Shown piece after piece: positions 1 through 7,813 of a stretch of 32,000 bases of DNA. Location of the stretch: contig CP065016.1 of assembly GCA_016700375.1 (NCBI GenBank), positions 510,001 through 542,000 on the forward strand, read 5' to 3'. A program made the translations under genes and the position numbers. Positions within the stretch are counted from its first letter, which is position 1, and the number at the start of each line of letters is the position of its first letter. The DNA comes from Candidatus Saccharimonadota bacterium (GTDB lineage: Bacteria > Patescibacteriota > Saccharimonadia > Saccharimonadales > UBA4665). The notes beneath the pieces are model-generated. The model did not search any database, was not told where the DNA came from, and saw nothing but the letters and a program-made list of their open reading frames with translations.

Positions 1-937
1 TTGTACCAACGTAAAGAAGAATGGTATACGCCGTGGCTTACAACGCTATGTTTGTGAAGATTGCGGTGCATCATGGCAAAGTAAACCACGACCAGACAGA
101 CGTCTAAAAAAACTCTGGCATCAGTATGCATTTGATGGCCGAACAGTCCGTGATCTCGCCCGTTCGCATAAGGTCGGTGAGACACGTATACGATCATGTC
201 TCGCTGCATATGTGCCACCAGCTATTGTCCACAAGCCTCGTGTGGTTGCCGTCGTCATGGATGTCACCTACTTTGATGGCTGGGGTATGTTAGTCGTTAT
301 TGACCCTACTGCGAATACAGCCCTGGGCGAGAACACTGTCCTCTACTATGCCGTTCTGGAGGGGACAGAGCGAACCAGGGATTATGAGGTCGCAACAGAT
401 ACACTTGAGTCCTTAGGCTACTGCATCATCATGGCAACCATTGACGGGCGTAGAGGCGTGAAGACAATGCTAGAAGATCATGCCATACCTGTACAGTACT
501 GTCAGTTTCATCAACTCATGGCTATGACCAGATGCCTCACTCGTCGACCCAGGCTTGCGCAGAACGTTGCACTGAGACACATAGCACTTACCCTCACGAG
601 AACTGACATCACCACGTTTGCAGCTGCCTTGGCGGATTGGTACGAACAGTACGGCTCATGGCTCAAAGAGCGAGATGACATAACAGGAAGATACGCTCAT
701 GAACGTACCAGGCGAGCCTACTTCAGCCTCGTCCGCAACCTGGACAATTTGTTTACCTACCAGCACGACTACATGCAAGCGTACCAACGAGATACTGGCA
801 AGAACCCAGCCAATACCACCAACGCATTAGAAGGTAGATTTGGTGTCTGGAAAGACAGGCTAACCGCACACAGAGGAACCTCAAAACAGCGTACAATTAC
901 AATCCTCCGTAGTTTCTTCTCTGAGAGAACAGATTAA
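1..937 (+). CDS. DDE transposase with N-terminal zinc ribbon (IS1/IS1595-like); 5' end lies outside the window
   Basis: Frame 2 is open from base 2 and runs into the 212..937 ORF. The N-terminus reads CTNVKKNGIRRGLQRYVCEDCGASW, a Cys-pair zinc ribbon as in IS1 InsA-type transposases. Candidate D-D-E segments are VVMDVTYF, ATIDGRRG and TTNALEGRF. The family call is by eye only. Confidence 0.7.
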   Translation, partial: CTNVKKNGIRRGLQRYVCEDCGASWQSKPRPDRRLKKLWHQYAFDGRTVRDLARSHKVGETRIRSCLAAYVPPAIVHKPRVVAVVMDVTYFDGWGMLVVIDPTANTALGENTVLYYAVLEGTERTRDYEVATDTLESLGYCIIMATIDGRRGVKTMLEDHAIPVQYCQFHQLMAMTRCLTRRPRLAQNVALRHIALTLTRTDITTFAAALADWYEQYGSWLKERDDITGRYAHERTRRAYFSLVRNLDNLFTYQHDYMQAYQRDTGKNPANTTNALEGRFGVWKDRLTAHRGTSKQRTITILRSFFSERTD

Positions 938-1488
938 CTGAGCCACCCGAAATGTGACTTAAGCCTCATAATATCGGCTGTTGGCTCTACCTTTTTGAGC
1001 TGAAGATGCAACACCGAGTTTGGCGCAAGCATTGCTTTGGGGGTAAATACCAGCGCTCGCACGCCACCAAGCTGTTTTTCGAACGTCCACGTACCATCAA
1101 TGTGTTCCTGCCAGCTATACCGCAACCCGCTTTTGACTGGGCGAGTAAAGACGATTCGTATAGGTTCATTTATGGCATGATTAACAATGTGGTCTGCTCG
1201 AACGGTCTGATGAGCATAAGCAATACTGCTTGAAACTCCTATGTACCCCACCATAATACCAAGGAATAGTCCGGCATAGAACAATCCTCTTTTTTGACTA
1301 GCGAAAATAGGGCTAATCTTGTGAAAATTCTGTGTGGTTCGTTGTATTAGCTGCTTTCCGAAATCCCTTTTTCCTTGGCTCGGCTTTTTTGATTGTATAA
1401 CGCTACTTGTAGTTGTTTCGCTCGACAAACTAACCCGCCGGACATGAATACGTTTTGCTCTACTTTTTTGTATAACTGGTATTTGCAC
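934..1488 (-). pseudogene. Membrane-anchored Ig-like-domain protein fragment, possibly the N-terminal part of an L,D-transpeptidase, apparently 3'-truncated by the IS
   Basis: The ORF starts with GTG and has one TM helix (GLFYAGLFLGIMVGYIGV). A beta-rich segment follows (PIRIVFTRPV...GTWTFE...LVFTPK) that resembles the domain preceding YkuD catalytic domains. The ORF stops at 934, overlapping the stop codon of the converging transposase gene, and no catalytic domain follows. Confidence 0.4.
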
Positions 1489-1550
1489 GGTACGTCGCTC
1501 CTGCGAGAGGTACTAGGTTTTTTGTGTGTTTGCGCAAGTAAAAAGCGCGG

Positions 1551-2804
1551 CTACATCTCATCAAAATAGATATACGTCAAGTTCGATGCCATGCCAGCGC
1601 TAACCAGCATTTCGCTATAATTGCCTCGGAAATCGTAGTTGAATTGGCTAATCCAGATTGAGCCATCGGCATTCACTGCTTCGACCCACATGACGTGACC
1701 ATAGTATCCGACGTTCCAGACAGCAACCGAACCGGCACGAGGCGTCGAGCCTGTTGGGATCCCTGCACGAGCAGCGTTACCTGGCCACTGGTTTGCATTG
1801 CCGACGCCACCCCAATAGGGCATATACCCGTAGGTGCTATATACTTTCCATGACGTGTAGCTCACGCATTCGCGGTTATACATGCCCCAGTTATCTATCG
1901 TGTTATCGAGTGGGTAATTAGTTCCCCAGCTACCGCTCCAGGGGCTGGGAGACGATGCAGGATAACCACCCCGTGAAGAATCGCCCGCAACAACCCCGCT
2001 GACTGTGCCACCAGTTAAACGACGATTTGCTGCAGCTTGCTCCGCACGAAGCTGTGCCACCCTGCTGTTATTTGCTTTTATTTGTGCATCATAGGCTGCT
2101 TGTTGCTGCTCGTTAAGATTGAGCAGCTCCCACTGCTTAGCCCGGTCGGCATTGAGCTGTCCTTGCTGAATTTGCATATCTTTAATAAGCGTTTCCACCT
2201 TGGCCTTTTGTACCTGGAGTTGTTTTTGCAGTTCGGCAATTTTTTTCAGCGTATCTTGCAGCTTATTCTGTACACGAGACCGATATTCTTGCTTATCGAC
2301 ATAGTCACTGAAATCACGACTACTCGCAAGCATTTCCAGTGAGCTCGGTGTGCCATCGACATACATTGCCTTTACATCTTCGGCGAGAATAGCCCGCTGA
2401 CGATCTATTTCACCCTGCGCTTCGGCAATTTGCTTTTGGAGTTGGGCTTGCAAATCCATATTTGCGTTTATTGATGCCTGTAAGCCATCAATTTGCTGCT
2501 GAAGTTTCTGTATAGCATCTGAGTAGCCCTGCGCTACAAGCTCAAGGTCGGTCAATGCAGAACGATTTGCTTCATTTTGTTGCGTAAGCGCATTGATTTG
2601 CGCCTGGTAATCCTCTGCCCACACATACTGACGCCATGCCGGCATAGCAGCGCCCATCGCAAATATAAGGCTACTCACCACCAGTAAACCAACCCGTGCA
2701 GGATGAGATAAATGACGTGAAACAGACTGAGAGACTTTTTTTTGCATGCGTTTATGTGTTGTAACGAACATGCTTATGATATCACACTTCTTCACTACTA
2801 GCAA
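1551..2804 (-). CDS. PcsB-like peptidoglycan hydrolase: signal/TM segment, long Q/A-rich coiled coil, C-terminal CHAP domain
   Basis: The C-terminus (CVSYTSWKV...GNANQWPGNAARAGIPTG...GHVMWVEAV) has the CHAP Cys...His pattern. The N-terminal 250 aa are heptad-like (LQQQIDGLQASINANMDLQAQLQKQIAEAQ). The gene lies directly downstream of ftsE-ftsX. The start is ambiguous (TTG 2804, GTG 2795, ATG 2771 or ATG 2747). Confidence 0.8.
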   Translation of the reverse strand: MLVVKKCDIISMFVTTHKRMQKKVSQSVSRHLSHPARVGLLVVSSLIFAMGAAMPAWRQYVWAEDYQAQINALTQQNEANRSALTDLELVAQGYSDAIQKLQQQIDGLQASINANMDLQAQLQKQIAEAQGEIDRQRAILAEDVKAMYVDGTPSSLEMLASSRDFSDYVDKQEYRSRVQNKLQDTLKKIAELQKQLQVQKAKVETLIKDMQIQQGQLNADRAKQWELLNLNEQQQAAYDAQIKANNSRVAQLRAEQAAANRRLTGGTVSGVVAGDSSRGGYPASSPSPWSGSWGTNYPLDNTIDNWGMYNRECVSYTSWKVYSTYGYMPYWGGVGNANQWPGNAARAGIPTGSTPRAGSVAVWNVGYYGHVMWVEAVNADGSIWISQFNYDFRGNYSEMLVSAGMASNLTYIYFDEM

Positions 2805-2925
2805 CCCTCCGTATATTCGATAGAATGTTGTGATTTTGTATATATTTCGTCTATACAGTAGGTGTACGCTGGGCCGAGAGACGAAAAAGCCTATCCGACG
2901 GAAAGGCTGAATCCTAAGGTTTGTC

Positions 2926-3873
2926 TTATTTTTTCGGAGTTTTGAATTTCAGATATCGCTGCGTGGCAATCACGGATGAGGCAGCACCAATTAGTATACC
3001 AAGCGTAAGCTGCATCAGCAACAGCTGCCAGTAACGCTCCTGAAAGTACTGCTGGCTATAGCTGATGTCGAGCAGTCCAAAACTTGTCGCCTGCAAAGAA
3101 CTTGAGGCCGTAATAAAGAGCGCGTTGATGATAAGTATGGAGATAATGGCCGAAAGCACACCGTATATGACCGTCTCTACAACAAATGGTGCGCGAATAT
3201 AGCTGGTGCTTGCACCGAGCAGGCGCATAATCTGCAGCTCATCGCGACGGTTGAAAATTGCCATTTGTATCGTGTTGAAAATGATGAGCACGGATATAAG
3301 CGCAAACACCGCGACGGCAATAATACCGGCTCGTTGCAGAATGTTTGTGGCGTGGGTAATTTTGTCTATGGTAGCACGTCGCTCACCACTGTCAGAAATA
3401 GGGTCTGACTGAAGTTTCTGCCACTCCGGTTTGGTTACAAAGGAGCGAATTTCACCCATTTTGTTCAGGTCCTTCGGCTTGATTTTGATGGTGGCCGGTA
3501 GCGGGTTGTCTGTTTCGTTTACTGCTGCGAGCAGTTTGTCATTACCTGCATTTTGCTTTATAAAGGCCCTCAGTGCCGCAGCCTTATCGAGATACGTCAC
3601 TTCCTCTACATTTTGTAGTTGCTCAATTTTAGAAACAAAGTTTTTTGCCTGAGCTGATGTAACCGCGTCTTTCAGGTACACTGAAATATCAATCTTACTG
3701 GTAATCTGGTCGACCTGATTTGCAAATGTGGCGTTCACTATTATGGAAAACAAAATGATTGTAAGAGTAATAATCATCGTCGCCATGGCAGCAATAGCGA
3801 GCCAGGCATTGCGCACAAAATACAGAAAGCCAGTTCGTACTATTCTGCCTGTTGTCGTCGTACGCCTGCCCAT
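2926..3873 (-). CDS. ftsX: Cell-division permease-like protein FtsX
   Basis: A 315-aa protein with an N-terminal TM helix, a large extracytoplasmic loop and three C-terminal TM helices. Its start lies 4 nt after the ftsE stop. Confidence 0.85.
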   Translation of the reverse strand: MGRRTTTTGRIVRTGFLYFVRNAWLAIAAMATMIITLTIILFSIIVNATFANQVDQITSKIDISVYLKDAVTSAQAKNFVSKIEQLQNVEEVTYLDKAAALRAFIKQNAGNDKLLAAVNETDNPLPATIKIKPKDLNKMGEIRSFVTKPEWQKLQSDPISDSGERRATIDKITHATNILQRAGIIAVAVFALISVLIIFNTIQMAIFNRRDELQIMRLLGASTSYIRAPFVVETVIYGVLSAIISILIINALFITASSSLQATSFGLLDISYSQQYFQERYWQLLLMQLTLGILIGAASSVIATQRYLKFKTPKK

Positions 3874-3876
3874 ATG

Positions 3877-4584
3877 CTAGACGCTCCTCGTGACAGGTGG
3901 TTTCTCGTTGTACTGTGCGTTTGCACGGTCACTTACAATACGTCCATTTTTTATAGTAATAACTCGTCTTTTTAGTTTGTTTACTATTTCCTGGTTGTGC
4001 GTAGTCAAAAGCACAGTGGTGCCGTAGCGGTTGATTTTTTCGAGCACGGTAATGACATCCCAGGCATGTTTGGGGTCGAGGTTACCCGTTGGCTCATCGG
4101 CAATGAGAATTTTGGGCTGACGCACGATTGCACGGGCTATAGCAACACGCTGGCGTTCGCCGCCACTCAGTTCTACCGGCATACGCTTTGCCTTATCTTT
4201 CAGATTCACAATTTCTAGCACTCTCGGTACCGTATTATTAATCTCTTTGGTGCTGACTCCCACTATTTCCAGTGCAAAAGCAACGTTCTCAAACACGGTG
4301 CGGTTCGGAAGCAGCTTGAAGTCCTGAAACACAACCCCTATTTTACGCCGGAGCAGTGGTATGTCTTTGTCGGACAGCTTGTCATAGTCTATGCCTCCAA
4401 CAATCATTTTGCCGCTAGACGGTCGCTCTTCGCGAGTGAGCAGTTTAAGCAAGGTTGATTTCCCTGCACCGCTCTGGCCAATAACAATCACGAATTCCTT
4501 CGGCTCCACATGCAAACTCACTCTATCGAGCGCAGAGCCAAGAGTTTTCCCGTATGTTTTCGTTACCCGATCCAGCAAAATCAT
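3877..4584 (-). CDS. ftsE: Cell-division ATP-binding protein FtsE
   Basis: Walker A GQSGAGKST, ABC signature LSGGERQR, Walker B ILIADEPTGNLD, and an FtsE-type N-terminus MILLDRVTKTYG. Confidence 0.95.
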   Translation of the reverse strand: MILLDRVTKTYGKTLGSALDRVSLHVEPKEFVIVIGQSGAGKSTLLKLLTREERPSSGKMIVGGIDYDKLSDKDIPLLRRKIGVVFQDFKLLPNRTVFENVAFALEIVGVSTKEINNTVPRVLEIVNLKDKAKRMPVELSGGERQRVAIARAIVRQPKILIADEPTGNLDPKHAWDVITVLEKINRYGTTVLLTTHNQEIVNKLKRRVITIKNGRIVSDRANAQYNEKPPVTRSV

Positions 4585-4591
4585 TAGCAGT

Positions 4592-4600
4592 ATTATAGCA
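4592..4600 (-). promoter_or_regulatory. Extended -10 promoter (TGcTATAAT) 7 nt upstream of the ftsE ATG; candidate leaderless start
   Basis: The minus strand reads TGCTATAAT-actgcta-ATG. There is no Shine-Dalgarno sequence. The motif lies inside the last codons of the upstream PIN gene. Confidence 0.45.
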
Positions 4601-4985
4601 CGATTACTTCGAGGCCGGCGTAGTCACGGAAAACCGCAAAATCTTTGTCGAGCGTCAAGAGCGGCTCGCCCATTTCAAGCGCCGTTGCCGCAATCCATAA
4701 ATCGTTATCCGAGAGAACTCTTCCCCTCTGGCGACAGAAATACCATAACTCCGCAAAATACTCCGCAGTGCGCATACTGGGTTCAAGTATTTCTGCGCCG
4801 GTTTTTCCCAGAAATTGGTTTAGCATTGTTTCATTTTGTTCGCGCATAGTTCCAGCCCAAAATGCTTTATGAATCTCAGCAATTACAGCAAGCGGTAGTG
4901 TTGCTTTGGTCGATTTCTCAAGTTCACGGTACACGGTTTCGTCACCGTCACAAAAAGCTCGGTACACATTCGTATCAATAATCAT
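4593..4985 (-). CDS. vapC: PIN-domain toxin (VapC-like)
   Basis: 130 aa with an N-terminal MIIDTNV acidic motif and further conserved acidic residues (SDNDLWIAATA, TLDKDF). It overlaps the upstream RHH gene by 11 nt. Confidence 0.8.
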   Translation of the reverse strand: MIIDTNVYRAFCDGDETVYRELEKSTKATLPLAVIAEIHKAFWAGTMREQNETMLNQFLGKTGAEILEPSMRTAEYFAELWYFCRQRGRVLSDNDLWIAATALEMGEPLLTLDKDFAVFRDYAGLEVIVL

Positions 4986-5268
4986 CTTCAGCCCATTTTC
5001 GGCGCATCAGCTCTTTCTGAGCTTTATCATCTTCGTCTAGGATGCGGCTTGCCTCTGGGTCGAATCCTACCCCAAAAAGATCTTTCGCTTTTTCTGCAAC
5101 CGAAAGCTCTTTTGTCTGGGTCGCCATGCCTGCACTTTTAACAAGCTCCTCTACTATAACTGCGTTGACACTTTTTCCCGAGTTTGCGGCACGACGACGC
5201 AGATACCGGCTAACCGGTAACGGCACGTTACGGATGGTAAATTGTGTAGTGAGTGGATTTGCAGGCAT
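4975..5268 (-). CDS. Ribbon-helix-helix antitoxin (VapB/Arc/CopG-like)
   Basis: FTIRNVPLPVSRYLRRRAANSGKSVNAVIVEEL is a beta-strand plus two-helix RHH signature. I place the start at ATG 5268 rather than 5358 because a consensus promoter sits immediately upstream (see 5261..5304). Confidence 0.7.
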   Translation of the reverse strand: MPANPLTTQFTIRNVPLPVSRYLRRRAANSGKSVNAVIVEELVKSAGMATQTKELSVAEKAKDLFGVGFDPEASRILDEDDKAQKELMRRKWAEDDY

Positions 5269-5304
5269 GCAGGCAGTATAGCAGGCATGCAGGCACATTG
5301 TCAA
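5261..5304 (-). promoter_or_regulatory. Sigma70-like promoter TTGACA-N18-TATACT-N6-ATG with two 15-bp direct repeats (candidate operator)
   Basis: The -35 rc is at 5299-5304 and the -10 rc at 5275-5280. GCAGGCATGCAGGCA occurs at 5261-5275 and again at 5281-5295 (20-bp period). One copy fills the spacer and the other covers the predicted +1 and the ATG at 5268. Confidence 0.55.
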
Positions 5305-5446
5305 ATTTGCCCTGTTATGTGGTAGCCACATCAGCCAGTACTCGAGCTGGGGCGGCATCTAGCTGTAGTGCAATCGGAAATGCGTACACTGTAAAATCCT
5401 TACCAACACCTCAGTTCGACATAAGAGTCTCCTCGTTTTTGTCTAG

Positions 5447-5479
5447 ATAACAGGGCGTGAGCCCTGTTATTCTGTTTTT
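5447..5479 (+). terminator. Stem-loop plus T-run inside the IS982 left end, upstream of the transposase gene
   Basis: ATAACAGGGC-GTGA-GCCCTGTTAT (10-bp stem, GTGA loop) is followed by TCTGTTTTT. It could block read-through transcription entering the IS. Confidence 0.45.
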
Positions 5480-5515
5480 GGATCAACAAAAACCAAAAAC
5501 AAAGGAGACACCAAT

Positions 5516-6418
5516 ATGGAACTGGTAGCTTTATTCTACCTCATCGATGAATTCTGCAAGGAGTTTGAACCTGCTTGGCGAAAACAACGGATGACCTTGG
5601 GGCTCGCGTACCGTAACAAACCTTGCCGCATGAGTCTCAGCGAAATTTTGACCATCATCGTCCACTTCCATCAGAGCAATCACAAAACATTCAAGTACTA
5701 CTACCTTGATTACGTCTGCGCCCATCTTCGGTCGGACTTTCCGAATCTGGTTAGTTACGGCCGGTTCGTTGAGCTCATGGGGGAAGTAACCACGCCAATG
5801 GTCACTATGCTGGTGAGCTTGCTCAGCACACCGAGCACTGCCAACTACATCGATTCTACCAAGCTAGTAGTCTGCCATAACCGGAGGATACGGAGAAACA
5901 AGGTGTTCAAAGGGCTAGCAGCTCGTGGCAAGAGCAGCATGGGCTGGTTCTATGGATTCAAGCTCCATCTCATAGTGAACGAGCACGGTGAGATCATCTC
6001 TTTCTTTATCACACCTGGTAATGTGCCGGATAACAACATTGAAACTGTCATTAAGCTCGCCCGAAAGATGCAAGGCAACCTGTTTGGTGACCGAGGCTAC
6101 ATTTCTAAGGATTTGTTTGCAGCGCTCTGGGGACAAGGCACGAGGCTCATAACTGGCATCAGAAGGAACATGAAGAATAGGCTTTTGCCACTCATGGACA
6201 AACTCATGCTCCGAGGCAGATCAATCATCGAGACTATCAACGACCAACTGAAGAACCAAGAACAGATTGAACACATCAGACACCGGAGTCCTGTGAACTT
6301 TGGGGTCAACCTGTTCTCTGGCCTCATTGCATACCAATTGCAGCCAAAGAAGCCGAGCCTACACTTTAGCAATACAGAACAGCAGCTCCTGACGGAGCCG
6401 TTGTTACTGCCAGCCTAG
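5516..6418 (+). CDS. IS982-family DDE transposase
   Basis: Motifs IDSTKLVVCHNRRIRRNKVF, GWFYGFKLHLIVNEHGEI, LFGDRGYISKDL and RSIIETINDQLKNQEQIEHIRHRSPVNF. A Shine-Dalgarno AAAGGAG lies upstream. Confidence 0.9.
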   Translation: MELVALFYLIDEFCKEFEPAWRKQRMTLGLAYRNKPCRMSLSEILTIIVHFHQSNHKTFKYYYLDYVCAHLRSDFPNLVSYGRFVELMGEVTTPMVTMLVSLLSTPSTANYIDSTKLVVCHNRRIRRNKVFKGLAARGKSSMGWFYGFKLHLIVNEHGEIISFFITPGNVPDNNIETVIKLARKMQGNLFGDRGYISKDLFAALWGQGTRLITGIRRNMKNRLLPLMDKLMLRGRSIIETINDQLKNQEQIEHIRHRSPVNFGVNLFSGLIAYQLQPKKPSLHFSNTEQQLLTEPLLLPA

Positions 6419-6700
6419 GCGGCTGGCTTATGTCGAACTGAGGTTAGGGTAATCTTCAAGACCATCCGGACTGCATGTATCGCTTCCGACCATGTTTACC
6501 CGATTACGACAGATTAATCCACATAGCCCTAGATCAGATTCATTATATTTCTGCACTCGAGTGCGAAACTTGCCCCTGCATAAGACCAATTTCATATACG
6601 CGAAGGACATCATCTAAAAGATAGGCGGAGTGCTTCGGCATGACAAAAGGATCTACAACCTTACACGAGTTTCGCACTCCCCAATTCTTTGCTAGCCTAG

Positions 6701-6725
6701 AAGCATGACGTCAGTCATGCTTTTT
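6701..6725 (+). terminator. Stem-loop plus T-run inside the IS left end, upstream of the transposase gene
   Basis: AAGCATGAC-GTCA-GTCATGCTT is followed by TTT, about 20 nt before the ATG at 6746. Confidence 0.35.
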
Positions 6726-6745
6726 CGTAAACAAGGAAAATAAAC

Positions 6746-7717
6746 ATGTCTCGTTCAAAATGTTCTCGTGAGCTGTACTGCTCATTCCTGGAGGTCACCT
6801 CCTCACGGTATTCTGCGCTCAGCTTGAGCGAAGTAGCCCCAGACAATGCCATGCTCTCTCACGACAGCGTCTCCCGTTGGCTAGCATCTGAAAAGATACA
6901 GCCCAAAGACCTGTGGCAAGCTGCCGCTAAGGAAGTTCGCGCCACTCCTGGCATTTTGGTCTTCGATGATGTCGTCATCGACAAAAGCCGAAGCGGCAAG
7001 ATGGAGCTTGTGAACTGGCAGTATGCGGGAAGTAAGCATGACATCACCAGAGGGATTGGCGTTGTAAATGCGTTGTGGCAAGTAGATACAGAACACTACA
7101 TTCCTATGGACTACCGCATCTGGAACCCGCCAGAAGACGGCAAGACTAAGAATGATCACTTCCAGGATATGCTGAGTAGCACAAGACAGAGAGGGCTACG
7201 CCCGGAGATGGTTGTTGCGGATAGCTGGTACGGCTCTCTAAAAAACCTTAAGGCAGTTCGCTCTCATGGCTGGGACTGGGTCATGGGGCTGAGGAGCAAC
7301 CGGTTAGTCGGTAAGCCACATATCCAGCTCAGAGAGTTAGATATACCAGATACAGGCTTGGTGACATATCTGAAAGGCTATGGGTGGATCAGAGTCTTCC
7401 GGTTTGAGGCCAGTAACGGCCGCACGGATTATGTTGGTACAAGTCGTACTGACCTCACCCGCGAACAAGTCAAGAAATACTTCGAGCGCCGTTGGAGTGT
7501 CGAGGTACTGCATCGAGAGCTCAAACAAACCTGTGGCTTATCCCGCTGTCAGGCCAATCTTGGCCGAGCCCAAAGAAACCACATTGGGTTAGCTTTGCTT
7601 ACCTGGGTACGAAAACATAAGAGAAGGCTAATTGACCAAACGACGCTATACCAACAAGATTGGGAGGTCATAAAACCAGGCATCCAGCTTGCGCTGGCTG
7701 CCCGGTTGAATGGGTGA
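6746..7717 (+). CDS. DDE transposase, IS701/IS4 superfamily
   Basis: Candidate DDE residues lie in ILVFDDVVIDK, MVVADSWYGS and YFERRWSVEVLHRELKQ (a Y-R-E-K type C-terminal motif). Confidence 0.75.
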   Translation: MSRSKCSRELYCSFLEVTSSRYSALSLSEVAPDNAMLSHDSVSRWLASEKIQPKDLWQAAAKEVRATPGILVFDDVVIDKSRSGKMELVNWQYAGSKHDITRGIGVVNALWQVDTEHYIPMDYRIWNPPEDGKTKNDHFQDMLSSTRQRGLRPEMVVADSWYGSLKNLKAVRSHGWDWVMGLRSNRLVGKPHIQLRELDIPDTGLVTYLKGYGWIRVFRFEASNGRTDYVGTSRTDLTREQVKKYFERRWSVEVLHRELKQTCGLSRCQANLGRAQRNHIGLALLTWVRKHKRRLIDQTTLYQQDWEVIKPGIQLALAARLNG

Positions 7718-7813
7718 AAGTGCGAAACTCGTGCCTTAAAGAAATGATGGTATCCGGTTGCGATTCCAAAAAGCCATTCTTCAGACCTTGCCAAGTGTAC
7801 TTGACTAACGTTG

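Larger units (their letters stand above)
5408..6444 (+). mobile_element. IS982-family insertion sequence (1037 bp)
   Basis: Perfect 18-bp terminal inverted repeats: ACCTCAGTTCGACATAAG at 5408-5425 and its reverse complement at 6427-6444. The ends begin with AC and the element holds a single transposase ORF. No clear target-site duplication is visible. Confidence 0.9.
6664..7733 (+). mobile_element. IS701/IS4-superfamily-like insertion sequence (1070 bp)
   Basis: 15-bp perfect terminal inverted repeats: CACGAGTTTCGCACT at 6664-6678 and its reverse complement at 7719-7733. These are flanked by a 5-bp direct repeat CCTTA at 6659-6663 and 7734-7738. Confidence 0.8.

Noticed and set aside
5269-5358. 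N-terminal extension of the RHH antitoxin ORF (127-aa version)
   Set aside because: The extension would be translated across the TTGACA/TATACT promoter and the two operator repeats, and it encodes Cys/His-rich nonsense. ATG 5268 sits at the predicted +1. Similar extensions were rejected for 16620..16664, 17739..17762, 21059..21103 and 29733..29861.
5398-6454. Target-site duplication for the IS982 copy
   Set aside because: The flanks (…CCTTACCAAC and TAGGGTAATC…) share no direct repeat. There is only a weak extension of the inverted repeat (TTACC / GGTAA). The duplication may have been lost or never made, so no claim is possible.
6428-6613. 61-aa minus-strand ORF next to IS982
   Set aside because: Its 3' end runs into the IS982 terminal repeat. 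It is also in a different frame from the reconstructed split gene that covers the same DNA.
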